Positions 16,852 to 25,658 of a DNA stretch of 64,000 bases are shown piece after piece. The notes beneath the pieces were generated by a model that searched no databases, had not been told where the DNA came from, and saw nothing but the letters and a program-made list of their open reading frames with translations. The translations under genes and the position numbers were made by a program. The DNA comes from Vicinamibacteria bacterium (GTDB lineage Bacteria; Acidobacteriota; Vicinamibacteria; Vicinamibacterales; CAVVIG01). The stretch's first letter is position 1, and every line of letters starts with the position of its first letter. The stretch covers positions 2,042 through 66,041 of the forward strand of contig JBGPKK010000003.1 in assembly GCA_041485905.1 (NCBI GenBank), read 5' to 3'.

Positions 16852-19800
16852 TCAGAGCGCCGGAACGGCCGGGCCGGCGTCCACCGAAGCGGCCGTCCAC
16901 TTCACGATCTTCAGGTCCAGAACGAACATGGCGTACAGGACCGGCACCAGCAACAGCGTCACGAATGTGGCGACCACGAGTCCGCCGATTTGGGCATAGC
17001 AGAGCGGCTGCCACAGTGGCCCGCCGTGGAGGGCCAGCGGCACGAGACCGAACACAGTTGCGCCGACCGTGATGAGAACAGGTCTCAGCCTGACGATCCC
17101 GGCATCGAGCAGGGCCTCCCGGAGCGGTTCCCCCTTCGCGTGCGCCTCCTCGATGAAATCGAAGAGTACGATCACGTGGCTCACGATCACACCGATCAGG
17201 CTCGCGACGCCGAGAAACGCCATGAACCCGAAGGGGGTACCCAGTGCGGCGAGCGTCACCAGGCTGCCGGCGACCCCGTACGGGATCGCGGAGAAAACGA
17301 TGAAGGGCTTCACGGCGTGCCGGAACTGGAACACGAGCGCCATGAAGATCGCGAGGATTGAGATCGCGATGACCACGGAAAGCTCAGAGAAGCCCTTCGT
17401 GGCTTCTTCCTCTTCGCCCCCGATCTCGACGCGATACCCGGGCGGCAGCCGTTGCTCGAACGACGCGATCTGGCGCCGGGTGGCATTCATGATTTGCGAA
17501 GGCAGGATGCCCGGTTCAGGAAAGGACGAGACTGTCACCGTCCGGAACTGGTTGCGGCGACGGAGTTTCTCGCTCTTCATCCCATATTCGATCGTGGACA
17601 CCTGCCCCAGGGGGACCTTCTGTGGTCCGATCGCGGAGTAGACGTACAGGTTGCGAATGTCGGACAGTCGCGCGCGTTCCTCCGGGCGCAGGCGCGCGAC
17701 AACCGGAATTTGTTTGTCTCCCTCTCGCAGGGTGGTCACGGGGAACCCGTTCATGCCGACCGCCGACGACAGCGCCACATCCTGGTTCGACACCCCGGCA
17801 AGGTTCGCGCGGTCGGGATCAACCTGCAACGTGACGACGAAACTCTCGGCGCCCCAATCGTCCCGCACCCGCGCGACATGGGGGACCGTTCGTAGCTCCT
17901 GCTTCAGCGACTCGGCCAGCGTCCGGAGCGTCGCGATCTCGGTTCCGGAAATTCGAAACGCGACGGGAACGCCCACCGGCTTGCCTGTTTCGAGTTGGCG
18001 CACGTCCACCCGGGCGCCAGCGACCGAGCCGCTCAGGGCCTGCTGCAGCGTTGGTGCGAGTGCGGCCGTGTCATGCTTATCGGCGAACTTGATGATGATC
18101 TGGGCATAGTTTGCCTGAAAGAGCTCCGGGAAGACGGAGATCCAGAAGCGGGGACCCCCTCCGCCGACGAACGTGCTGAGGGATTCAAGAACCGGGCGCA
18201 CCTTGCCGTCGGGTCCTGGATGCTCGCGACCGTAGCGTGCCGCCACGTCCTGGATCACTTTCTCGGCCGCTTCTGCCGCCTGGTTCGACGCCGCGAACGT
18301 CGCGTCCTCGGGCAGCCAGACGTCGACGTACGAGAGATACTGGAGGTCGATTGGGAAGAACTGCGTTTGCAACCGGGTCGCGCTCGTGAATCCGATGCCG
18401 AGCAGGACCACCGAGGCACCGAACACCCGCCACCGGTGGTCCAGTGCCCATCCGGCCAGACGGTAATACGATCCGGTGAACCCCTGCGTACGCCGTGCCT
18501 CCGGCGTGGGCTCCTGCCGTCGGCTCGGTCGGAGCAGGTAGTAGCCGAGCATCGGGATGAACGACATCGACACGATCCGGGACATCACGAGTGCGACGGT
18601 CAGGACAATGGGTAAGCTGTAGAGAAACCTGCCCGTATCTCCGCTGACGAGCAGCAGCGGGAGGTACGCCACGATATTGGTGATCGTGGCGAACAGGATC
18701 GCCGTCGCCAGCTTGGTCGGTCCGAGCCAGGCCGCGGTTTCGGGCGGATGGCCTGCGTCCATGTTGCGTTTGATGGCGTCGCCGGCAACCACCGGATCGT
18801 CGACGAGCAGCCCGAGCGCGATGATGAGCGACGCCAGCGACACCTGTTGAATATCCAGCCCCAGCAGGTGCATCGCCCCGAAGGTCAGGGCCAGGGTCAC
18901 TGGGATCGACAATGCAATCAGCGCCGCGGATCGCCATTCCCAGAAACCCACGAGCGCGACGAGAACAACCAGGACGACCGCCTCGAACAGACTCACTGTG
19001 AACAGGTCGACGCTTTCCTCGACCTGGACCGGCTGATCGGAGACGCGCGACAGGATCAGATCGTCGGGCAGTCGCCCCTTGAGCCCATTCAGCGCCTGGT
19101 CGACCGCCGCACCAAATGCCGCGATTTGCTCTCCGGGTCTCATCTGGATGGCCAGCGTGATCGCGCGGCTGCGATGCCACACGCCCTGCGCGTCCTGCCA
19201 GCGGAGAAAATTGAGATACCGGGCGGGGCTTTCGTAGCCGCGGGAAATCTCGACGCTGTCCCGCAGGTACAGCGGTCGGCCGGAGGCGGATGCGCCGACG
19301 ATCACGTTGCCGATCTCTCTTTCGGATTTGAACTCACCCGAAGGATCGATCGCCAGGTTCTTGCCCTCCACTTCGAGGACGCCGCCCGGCAGCGTGATGT
19401 TGCGGGCGCCAAGGATGAGGGACAATTGATTCTGCATTCCGGCAACGAGCTCCTGCGAGTACTCGAGCTGGATCTGCTCCTTGAGCAACCCCGCGACGGA
19501 GATCTTGGACACCTGCGGCACATTCTGCAGCGTCCGCTTGATGAGGTCGCTGACGTCGTCGAGCTCTCGATAGCTGTACTTGTCGCCGGCAACGGCCTGC
19601 AGCTTCGCGGCCGTCTCCGCGGGATCTCTGATGACGACCGGCGGCCAGGTGTCGGGGTGGAACTCAGACGCGTGCAGCCGTTCGGTCAGCGCCTGCTCAA
19701 CCGATCCGAGGAGCGTGCGATCGTCCGCGCCCGTTTCGAGATCGATGCCGACGAATCCCGCGCCGTCGATCCGGCGGAGATCGCGTCCGACCCCCTGGTC

Positions 19801-20457
19801 GCGGATCAAATCGGCGACCAGATCGCGCTGCCGCCTGGGAATGGCGGGGCTGATCGATGCAGCAAAGCTCACGACGAGCGCGGCACGCGACACGGTCGGT
19901 TTCGCCGTCGTCCGCGCCGAGCGAATGGCCTCGGCAATGGCGCGGGCCCGCAGGCCGATGTTGAGTTCACCAACTTTTGGACTCGCGACCGTCAGCGTGA
20001 GCGCCGCGGTATCACCGAAGTCCTTCTCGAAAATGATGGGACCGGCGCCCGGCGGAAGATCGCGAAGGCCGTCGAGCTTCAGTCGAACGTCGTCGAGGTC
20101 CGTGCCGGGGTTGGCGAGGCCTTCGTTGAGGGTGATGTAGACAATGGAGACATTGCTACGCGAGATCGATTCGATTTTGGACACCTTGGCGTTCTCGGCG
20201 GCGCGCTCCTCGATTTGCCGGGTGACCAGCTGTTCGATCCGCTCCGCGCTTGCGCCGGGCCAGGGACACACCGCCACGGCGATATGCGCCGCAATCTCGG
20301 GATCCTTGCGTTTGGGCATCTCGATGTAGCCGTAAATGCCCCAGAGGACGCTCATCGCGAGCAGGACCCAGGCGACCTGACGGTTCTCGACGAAGAACCG
20401 CGCGGTGTTGTGCGTGGTTCTGACGATTTCCTCGTCGCCGCGGGCGTGATGCGTCAT
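16852..20457 (-). CDS. efflux RND transporter permease subunit (AcrB/CzcA superfamily), 1201 aa
   Basis: Typical N-terminus FFVENRQVAWVLLAMSVLWGIYGY, two 6-TM bundles, and the conserved LIIALGLLVDDPVV and GVASLIGVIVSHVIVLFDFIEE segments. Confidence 0.92.
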   Translation of the reverse strand: MTHHARGDEEIVRTTHNTARFFVENRQVAWVLLAMSVLWGIYGYIEMPKRKDPEIAAHIAVAVCPWPGASAERIEQLVTRQIEERAAENAKVSKIESISRSNVSIVYITLNEGLANPGTDLDDVRLKLDGLRDLPPGAGPIIFEKDFGDTAALTLTVASPKVGELNIGLRARAIAEAIRSARTTAKPTVSRAALVVSFAASISPAIPRRQRDLVADLIRDQGVGRDLRRIDGAGFVGIDLETGADDRTLLGSVEQALTERLHASEFHPDTWPPVVIRDPAETAAKLQAVAGDKYSYRELDDVSDLIKRTLQNVPQVSKISVAGLLKEQIQLEYSQELVAGMQNQLSLILGARNITLPGGVLEVEGKNLAIDPSGEFKSEREIGNVIVGASASGRPLYLRDSVEISRGYESPARYLNFLRWQDAQGVWHRSRAITLAIQMRPGEQIAAFGAAVDQALNGLKGRLPDDLILSRVSDQPVQVEESVDLFTVSLFEAVVLVVLVALVGFWEWRSAALIALSIPVTLALTFGAMHLLGLDIQQVSLASLIIALGLLVDDPVVAGDAIKRNMDAGHPPETAAWLGPTKLATAILFATITNIVAYLPLLLVSGDTGRFLYSLPIVLTVALVMSRIVSMSFIPMLGYYLLRPSRRQEPTPEARRTQGFTGSYYRLAGWALDHRWRVFGASVVLLGIGFTSATRLQTQFFPIDLQYLSYVDVWLPEDATFAASNQAAEAAEKVIQDVAARYGREHPGPDGKVRPVLESLSTFVGGGGPRFWISVFPELFQANYAQIIIKFADKHDTAALAPTLQQALSGSVAGARVDVRQLETGKPVGVPVAFRISGTEIATLRTLAESLKQELRTVPHVARVRDDWGAESFVVTLQVDPDRANLAGVSNQDVALSSAVGMNGFPVTTLREGDKQIPVVARLRPEERARLSDIRNLYVYSAIGPQKVPLGQVSTIEYGMKSEKLRRRNQFRTVTVSSFPEPGILPSQIMNATRRQIASFEQRLPPGYRVEIGGEEEEATKGFSELSVVIAISILAIFMALVFQFRHAVKPFIVFSAIPYGVAGSLVTLAALGTPFGFMAFLGVASLIGVIVSHVIVLFDFIEEAHAKGEPLREALLDAGIVRLRPVLITVGATVFGLVPLALHGGPLWQPLCYAQIGGLVVATFVTLLLVPVLYAMFVLDLKIVKWTAASVDAGPAVPAL

Positions 20458-20477
20458 GGCGCGTCCGATCGGTTGCC

Positions 20478-21602
20478 CTACGACTGCGTGACGCTCACCT
20501 GTTCACCGTCGGTGAGCAGCGTCACGCCGGTGACGATGACGCGCTCTCCGGTCCGCAGCCCTGCCGTGACGGCGATGGAATTCCCGAATGCCTGGCCCAG
20601 CTGGACGTTCCGCAGTCGAGCGATCTGCTGGCCCCCGCGCTCTTCGACAATCATCACCGCATATTCGTTGGGCTTGTCATGAGCCCGAATGATGGCCGTC
20701 AGGGGAACGACGACCGGTGCTGACACGGGCGCACCCTGGGCGACCTGCAGGGCGACGACCATTCCCACTTTGAGGCGACCGTCGAAGTTCGGGATCGTCA
20801 CCTCAACGTCGAAGACGCGACTTCGTGGATCCGCGAGAGGCGAAACGCGGGTGATCGTCCCGCGAAGCTCCCCGTCGGGAAGCGCGGCAGTCGTGACCGT
20901 TTGAGGCGTCCCGATCTTGAGTTTGTTGACCACGACGTCCGGTGCGCCGAAGAGCACTTTCACGAGCCGGGTATCGGCGAGCACAAAGCCGGGTGTTCCC
21001 GGTCCCACAAGCGAGCCGACCTCGACCAACCGTTTCATCACGACGCCGTCGATCGGGGCCTTCAAGGCAATGTCCGCCAGAGCATGGTCGGCTTCCTGTA
21101 CGAGCGCCCGTGCGCCGTCGACCTGGGCGCGCGCGACGTCCAGTTTTGTTTTCGCCCCATCACGATCAACCTTCGTCACGCTGGTTGCCGCAAACAAGCG
21201 ATCCGCGCGTTCGGATTCCTCCGTGGCGTAATCCCGCGAGACTTCGGCCTGTCGCAGCTGGGACAGCGCCTGATTGCGCTTGTCCGCGTAGTCGGTGTCG
21301 CGAATGGTCGCGAGCACCGCGCCCCGGGTGACTTGATCCCCTTCTTGCACGCTGCGTGAGGGCCCGCCTGCGCCCACCTGCAGCAAACCCTCCACGTAGC
21401 CGCCCACTTTGAACGCGACATCGACGCGAAGATTCGGTTCGACGGTGCCCGAGTAGCGGATGCCGGCAGCCTCGGCGTATGAGGTCGCAGCCTGCACGTG
21501 TACGGGCGTCAGCGGCTTCTGATACGGCGCCTCCTGCCGGCAGGCGACGACGCTGGCCACCATCAGGGCGAACGCTCCCAGCGAGGTGGGTGTGCGCATC
21601 AT
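20478..21602 (-). CDS. efflux RND periplasmic adaptor (membrane fusion protein)
   Basis: Lipoprotein-like N-terminus, coiled-coil hairpin (QLRQAEVSRDYATEESERADRL...AKTKLDVARAQVDGARA), barrel-sandwich motifs. ATGA overlap with the upstream TolC gene. Confidence 0.88.
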   Translation of the reverse strand: MMRTPTSLGAFALMVASVVACRQEAPYQKPLTPVHVQAATSYAEAAGIRYSGTVEPNLRVDVAFKVGGYVEGLLQVGAGGPSRSVQEGDQVTRGAVLATIRDTDYADKRNQALSQLRQAEVSRDYATEESERADRLFAATSVTKVDRDGAKTKLDVARAQVDGARALVQEADHALADIALKAPIDGVVMKRLVEVGSLVGPGTPGFVLADTRLVKVLFGAPDVVVNKLKIGTPQTVTTAALPDGELRGTITRVSPLADPRSRVFDVEVTIPNFDGRLKVGMVVALQVAQGAPVSAPVVVPLTAIIRAHDKPNEYAVMIVEERGGQQIARLRNVQLGQAFGNSIAVTAGLRTGERVIVTGVTLLTDGEQVSVTQS

Positions 21603-22972
21603 TTGCCTCCGACGGCTTTCTCGAGATCCGCCCGCGCCGTTGCGAGCTGCAGCAAGGCGTCGTCGTGTAGTTGGTCCGCCGACGCCAGGGTCATTTCCGC
21701 CTGGAGCACGTCGCGCAGCAACGTCTTCTGCTCCCGGTAGAGATTCGTCACGACCCGCAGCCGCTCGCGCGCCGCCTGCACGCCGAGCTCGGAGACGCGG
21801 ATGCCTTCGCGTGCCTGCCGAAGCTTGCGGAAGCTGCTCCTGACCTCGGCACGCACGAGCGCGTCGGCGTCGCGTGTGGCGGAGCTTGCCTGCTCGACCA
21901 CTTTCTCGCTCTGGGCAATCTCGCGGCGCTTCCGCCCCCAGTCAAACGGCTCCCAGGTCGCCGTCACACCTGCGAGCGCGACATTGGGCGGCAGCACTTG
22001 ATACCGGTAGAAGCCGATGTAATTGAACGTTGCCGACACATCCGGAATGAGCGCGGCCCGCTTGAGGCGAACACCGTCTCGAGCCTGACCCAGCGCCAGC
22101 GTGGCTTCCTTGATTTCCGGGCGCGCCGAAAGCGCCCGCGACTCGAGCGCCGGCAGATCGTCGTCGCCCGAGGGATCAGGTGGCACCGGAGCGACCGTAA
22201 ACGGCGTGGCGATGTCGCGACCGATCACCGCGTTGAGCTGCTCGCCGAGCGACGCGAGCGAGTCACGCAGAGCCTGAAGCTCCAGCTGTTCCTTGGCGAT
22301 CAACGTCTGGACCTCGAGCTGTTCGACGGCCAGCGCCGCCCCTTCCTTGACGTATCCGCTGACAAGGCGCTCGACTTCCTGATAGAGAGTCTGCGACTGC
22401 GTCCGCGCCTGCATGCCGTCGCCGACCTGTAGCATGCCGAAGTACAACCGTCTGATGTTGTTGGTCACGTTCTGCTGCTCGCCGCGCATCCGTTCGAGCG
22501 CCAAATCGCGCCCGAGCTCGAGTTGATGCTCGCCGAGGGCAATCTGGTGGAGCTGTGAGAGCGGCTGCGTCACTCGCACCCAGGTCGTGGACGTCCACTG
22601 GCTTGGGGTGGTGATCGTCGTATCGGCGGCCGGTACAGGGCCGATGCCGGGAAACACACCGAACGCCCCGCCGGGGAAGTACAGATTGAAGTCCGCCAGC
22701 AGCCGCCCTTCGAGGAACGTGACCTCAAAGGCCGGTCGCCGCCTGGTGCGGAGGACGGCGAGGGAGTCCTCGACTTTCTGGACCTCCAGCTCTCCTCTCC
22801 GGATCGATCGGTTCTGCTGCAGGCCCAGCGAAACTGCCTGGTCGATGGTCAGGACGTCGCCGGGCGGTGCGCCCTGCGCAAGCATTGAAGCGCCGTACGC
22901 GAGTATCGCGATGGCGCCGAGGGACAGAGAACAACGCGCTTTCGCGTCGCGCGCTCTCAGACCAATGGCCAC
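21599..22972 (-). CDS. TolC-family outer membrane efflux protein
   Basis: 457 aa, signal peptide, two TolC repeats (LTIDQAVSLGLQQNRSIRRGELEV; PDVSATFNYIGFY...). Confidence 0.85.
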   Translation of the reverse strand: MAIGLRARDAKARCSLSLGAIAILAYGASMLAQGAPPGDVLTIDQAVSLGLQQNRSIRRGELEVQKVEDSLAVLRTRRRPAFEVTFLEGRLLADFNLYFPGGAFGVFPGIGPVPAADTTITTPSQWTSTTWVRVTQPLSQLHQIALGEHQLELGRDLALERMRGEQQNVTNNIRRLYFGMLQVGDGMQARTQSQTLYQEVERLVSGYVKEGAALAVEQLEVQTLIAKEQLELQALRDSLASLGEQLNAVIGRDIATPFTVAPVPPDPSGDDDLPALESRALSARPEIKEATLALGQARDGVRLKRAALIPDVSATFNYIGFYRYQVLPPNVALAGVTATWEPFDWGRKRREIAQSEKVVEQASSATRDADALVRAEVRSSFRKLRQAREGIRVSELGVQAARERLRVVTNLYREQKTLLRDVLQAEMTLASADQLHDDALLQLATARADLEKAVGGK

Positions 22973-23208
22973 AATAGCGAACGGTCTTTCCGTCTCTCTC
23001 GGACCACAACGACCACCGGCTGCGCCGAAGCCGAGATCGATCCGGCCGTTCGCAGCTCCGCCAGGAGGCCATTGACCTCATCCAGAAGCTTGCCGCGACC
23101 CTCACGCAGCTGTTTGATCTGCTTTCTCGGCTTCTTCCCGATGTCGACGACGACCGGTGCGTGTGAAGAAACGTGCTCCGAGGGCTTACTGGATTCTGGG
23201 ACTGCCAT
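22957..23208 (-). CDS. small hypothetical protein heading the efflux operon
   Basis: Start at MAVPESSKP. Basic K/R stretch VVVDIGKKPRKQIKQLREGRGKLLDEV. Overlaps the TolC start by 16 nt. No function recognised. Confidence 0.4.
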   Translation of the reverse strand: MAVPESSKPSEHVSSHAPVVVDIGKKPRKQIKQLREGRGKLLDEVNGLLAELRTAGSISASAQPVVVVVRERRKDRSLLWPLV

Positions 23209-23297
23209 TGTGACCTCCCGCCGGCGAATGAGTCGATTGATCGGAATTGCCGGCCGATAATAGCAGCGATGCCATGAAGGGGTCAACGCGGCTTTCC

Positions 23298-23340
23298 CCG
23301 CGCAAGCGCTCCGTGGTATAAGAGGTGGCCGCTTGCGCGG
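23298..23340. promoter_or_regulatory. perfect 11-bp inverted repeat with 21-nt spacer in a divergent intergenic region (candidate operator/promoter)
   Basis: CCGCGCAAGCG (23298-23308) and CGCTTGCGCGG (23330-23340). The spacer contains GGTATAAGA, a -10-like element. It sits about 50 nt upstream of the 23391 start. Confidence 0.3.
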
Positions 23341-23390
23341 CGACCCCGTTTCGGTTCGTGCGACAGGGGGTGTTGCAGGAGGTAACGTTT

Positions 23391-23711
23391 ATGGATATTC
23401 CGAGAGTGAGCTCTTCGGTTCGCCGGATCACGGTCCTCCAGAAGGACGACTCAGGCCACCTGAGACCTGTGACGGTGTACCGGCGCGGCGCATCGAAGAA
23501 GAAGGGAACACAGCCGTATCGCTACTTCGAGCGGATCGCTCGACGCGTGGCGGATGCGCAGGCCAAGGGGGCACAGCGTTATCTGTTGCGGCACGACCGA
23601 TCCAACCAGAAAGAGAAAGACGGATGGGTCCGCGACTTCAACGTGAACGTCCTTCGAGCCTCGCAAAAGGGCACAAAGGCGCTGAAGCTCGATCGCCTGT
23701 TCTCATTCTGA
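23391..23711 (+). CDS. hypothetical basic protein (106 aa)
   Basis: ATG preceded by GGAGG. Sequence MDIPRVSSSVRRITVLQKDDSGHLRPVTVYRRGASKKKGTQPYRYFERIARR... No family recognised. Confidence 0.45.
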   Translation: MDIPRVSSSVRRITVLQKDDSGHLRPVTVYRRGASKKKGTQPYRYFERIARRVADAQAKGAQRYLLRHDRSNQKEKDGWVRDFNVNVLRASQKGTKALKLDRLFSF

Positions 23712-23797
23712 ACTGACGGCCCGACCGACGGCGGCGCGACTCTACGAGGCTCGGGCCGCCGACGCGTCGCGGCGAGGTCGGGCTTCTTCGTCGGCGT

Positions 23798-25627
23798 TCA
23801 AAGCGCTGCCGCTCGTTCGTGCGAGCGGACGTCCTTTTGACGCAGCCGCCGTTTCAGCCGCAAGAACGTCGCGAAGACGTACACGTCGGCCACCAACAAT
23901 CCCAGGAATATACGTCCATCGAGTCGCGGCACCGTGTCGATGAGGCCGGTCAGCTGAGCGCCGAAGAGCGCTCGTGTCAGCCCTGGAAATCGCTGTCCGA
24001 GCAAGACACCAAAGAGCAGCACGCCAGGAAACAGGATCGCGACGGCCAGCACACCGACAAACGCCGCCAGCGCGTCGGCCACTTTGTTGGTCGCCGCCTG
24101 AAACACCCGTGCATTGCGGCGGATGATCGACCCTTGGAACATGGTGTACTCGCTGATTCGTTCCTGGATGTCCATCGCGGACCGCACACCCCCGACGATG
24201 CGCGAGTAGAGGTCCCGGCCGACGAGCCCCTCGGCCGAACGTTCGTTGGCCCTCCGGAAGTATCGCAGCGCCCGCTTCGTGTGGTTGAGATTCGGGCTCA
24301 AGACGGCGAGTGAGTCGTCGAGGGTCGACATCGCGCGATGGATCCTCAGCCAGAACCATCCCATCGTGCACTTGTACCCGTACAAGACGCGGACCACTTC
24401 GGCGGTCGCATGATCGATCGAGCGTTCGTGATAAGGCAGTTCCTTGACGAGCGTTCGGGTCGCCCAGGCTCTGAGTGCGCGAATGACCTGGTCCTTCGCC
24501 AGCTCGACGTCAACGTGCGGCAGGATCGCGCAAAGCATGAGGGCCAGGTCCGCCGCCTTGGCGTAGTCTCGCGTCGCCAGAGCGCGGATGAAGAGCCGGT
24601 ACTTCTGCAGATACTCGCGCTCGGTGAAGTTGACCGTCCGGAAGTCGATCACCGCCAGCCGGCTGTTGCGCAGCAGGACGATGTTCCCCGGGCGCATGTC
24701 GCCATGGTACAGATTGTCTTCGAAGATCTGTCGGAACATCGAGTCGAACAGGTTCTGCGCCACCGACTGCGGATCGATCGTGTTTTCCACGAGCCACGAT
24801 TGCAGGCGCCCCGGATCCGTTCGACGGACGTGCAGGTAGTCCGACATCAGCACGGCGTGGATGAATTCCGACACCAGCACCCGAGGGGTGCAGTAATCGG
24901 AGAAGACGTCCGGCACGGCGATCCCCTGGTCAGCCAGTGTCTTCTGCATCCGCCGCATCGATGAGGCCTCGAAGCGGAAGTCGAGGTCTTCGCTCATGAT
25001 CTCCTGGAGCTCAGCGACGCCTTCCTCCCAGCGCAGGTGAAGGCGAACGCGCAACCGCACGAGGGTCCGAGCGAACAACTGGATAAGCTGCAGATCGCGC
25101 GCGAACAGCTCGGCGGAATAGGGCTGCTGCACCTTCACCGCCACCCACACGCCCTCGCGACGCAGTCGCGCCCGATGGACCTGGCCCATCGGCACGGTCG
25201 CGAACGGCGAATCCTCGAACTCGTCGAAGTACTGTTCGACCGGCGCCCCGAGCTCGGCTTCGAGAATGGCGCGTGCAATGTGGGGGGGAAAGCCGACCGT
25301 CCGTTCCTGCATCCGCGCCAGCTCGCGGCACAACTCGGTTGGGAACACGTCGATTCGCAACGACAGCAGCTGGCCGAACTTGATCCACAGGCCGCCAATT
25401 TCCTCGAACGTGCCCCGGACGCGCCGTGCGTATTCCTTGATCGTGAACTGCCGCCGGATCGCCAATCCCGCCACGCCCAGGAACAGCGCGGCGAACTTGC
25501 CCACGACATACAGCGATCGATAGCGCGACGGACCGTTGGGTTCGGCGATCACGACTGCCGGTCGCTCGCGTGGATCGAGAAGTCTGGTGGGAGTATCCGA
25601 AGGCTTTAGCATGGGGCCGCCAGTCAA
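23798..25627 (-). CDS. ABC1/UbiB (AarF) atypical kinase family protein
   Basis: GGLWIKFGQLLSLRIDVFP, ATVPMGQVHRARLR.GVWVAVKVQQP, NLYHGDMRPGNIVL, VIDFRTV. C-terminal TM helices. Confidence 0.88.
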   Translation of the reverse strand: MTGGPMLKPSDTPTRLLDPRERPAVVIAEPNGPSRYRSLYVVGKFAALFLGVAGLAIRRQFTIKEYARRVRGTFEEIGGLWIKFGQLLSLRIDVFPTELCRELARMQERTVGFPPHIARAILEAELGAPVEQYFDEFEDSPFATVPMGQVHRARLRREGVWVAVKVQQPYSAELFARDLQLIQLFARTLVRLRVRLHLRWEEGVAELQEIMSEDLDFRFEASSMRRMQKTLADQGIAVPDVFSDYCTPRVLVSEFIHAVLMSDYLHVRRTDPGRLQSWLVENTIDPQSVAQNLFDSMFRQIFEDNLYHGDMRPGNIVLLRNSRLAVIDFRTVNFTEREYLQKYRLFIRALATRDYAKAADLALMLCAILPHVDVELAKDQVIRALRAWATRTLVKELPYHERSIDHATAEVVRVLYGYKCTMGWFWLRIHRAMSTLDDSLAVLSPNLNHTKRALRYFRRANERSAEGLVGRDLYSRIVGGVRSAMDIQERISEYTMFQGSIIRRNARVFQAATNKVADALAAFVGVLAVAILFPGVLLFGVLLGQRFPGLTRALFGAQLTGLIDTVPRLDGRIFLGLLVADVYVFATFLRLKRRLRQKDVRSHERAAAL

Positions 25628-25658
25628 CGACCGGGCGCGTAGTATACACGCGCGCCGA

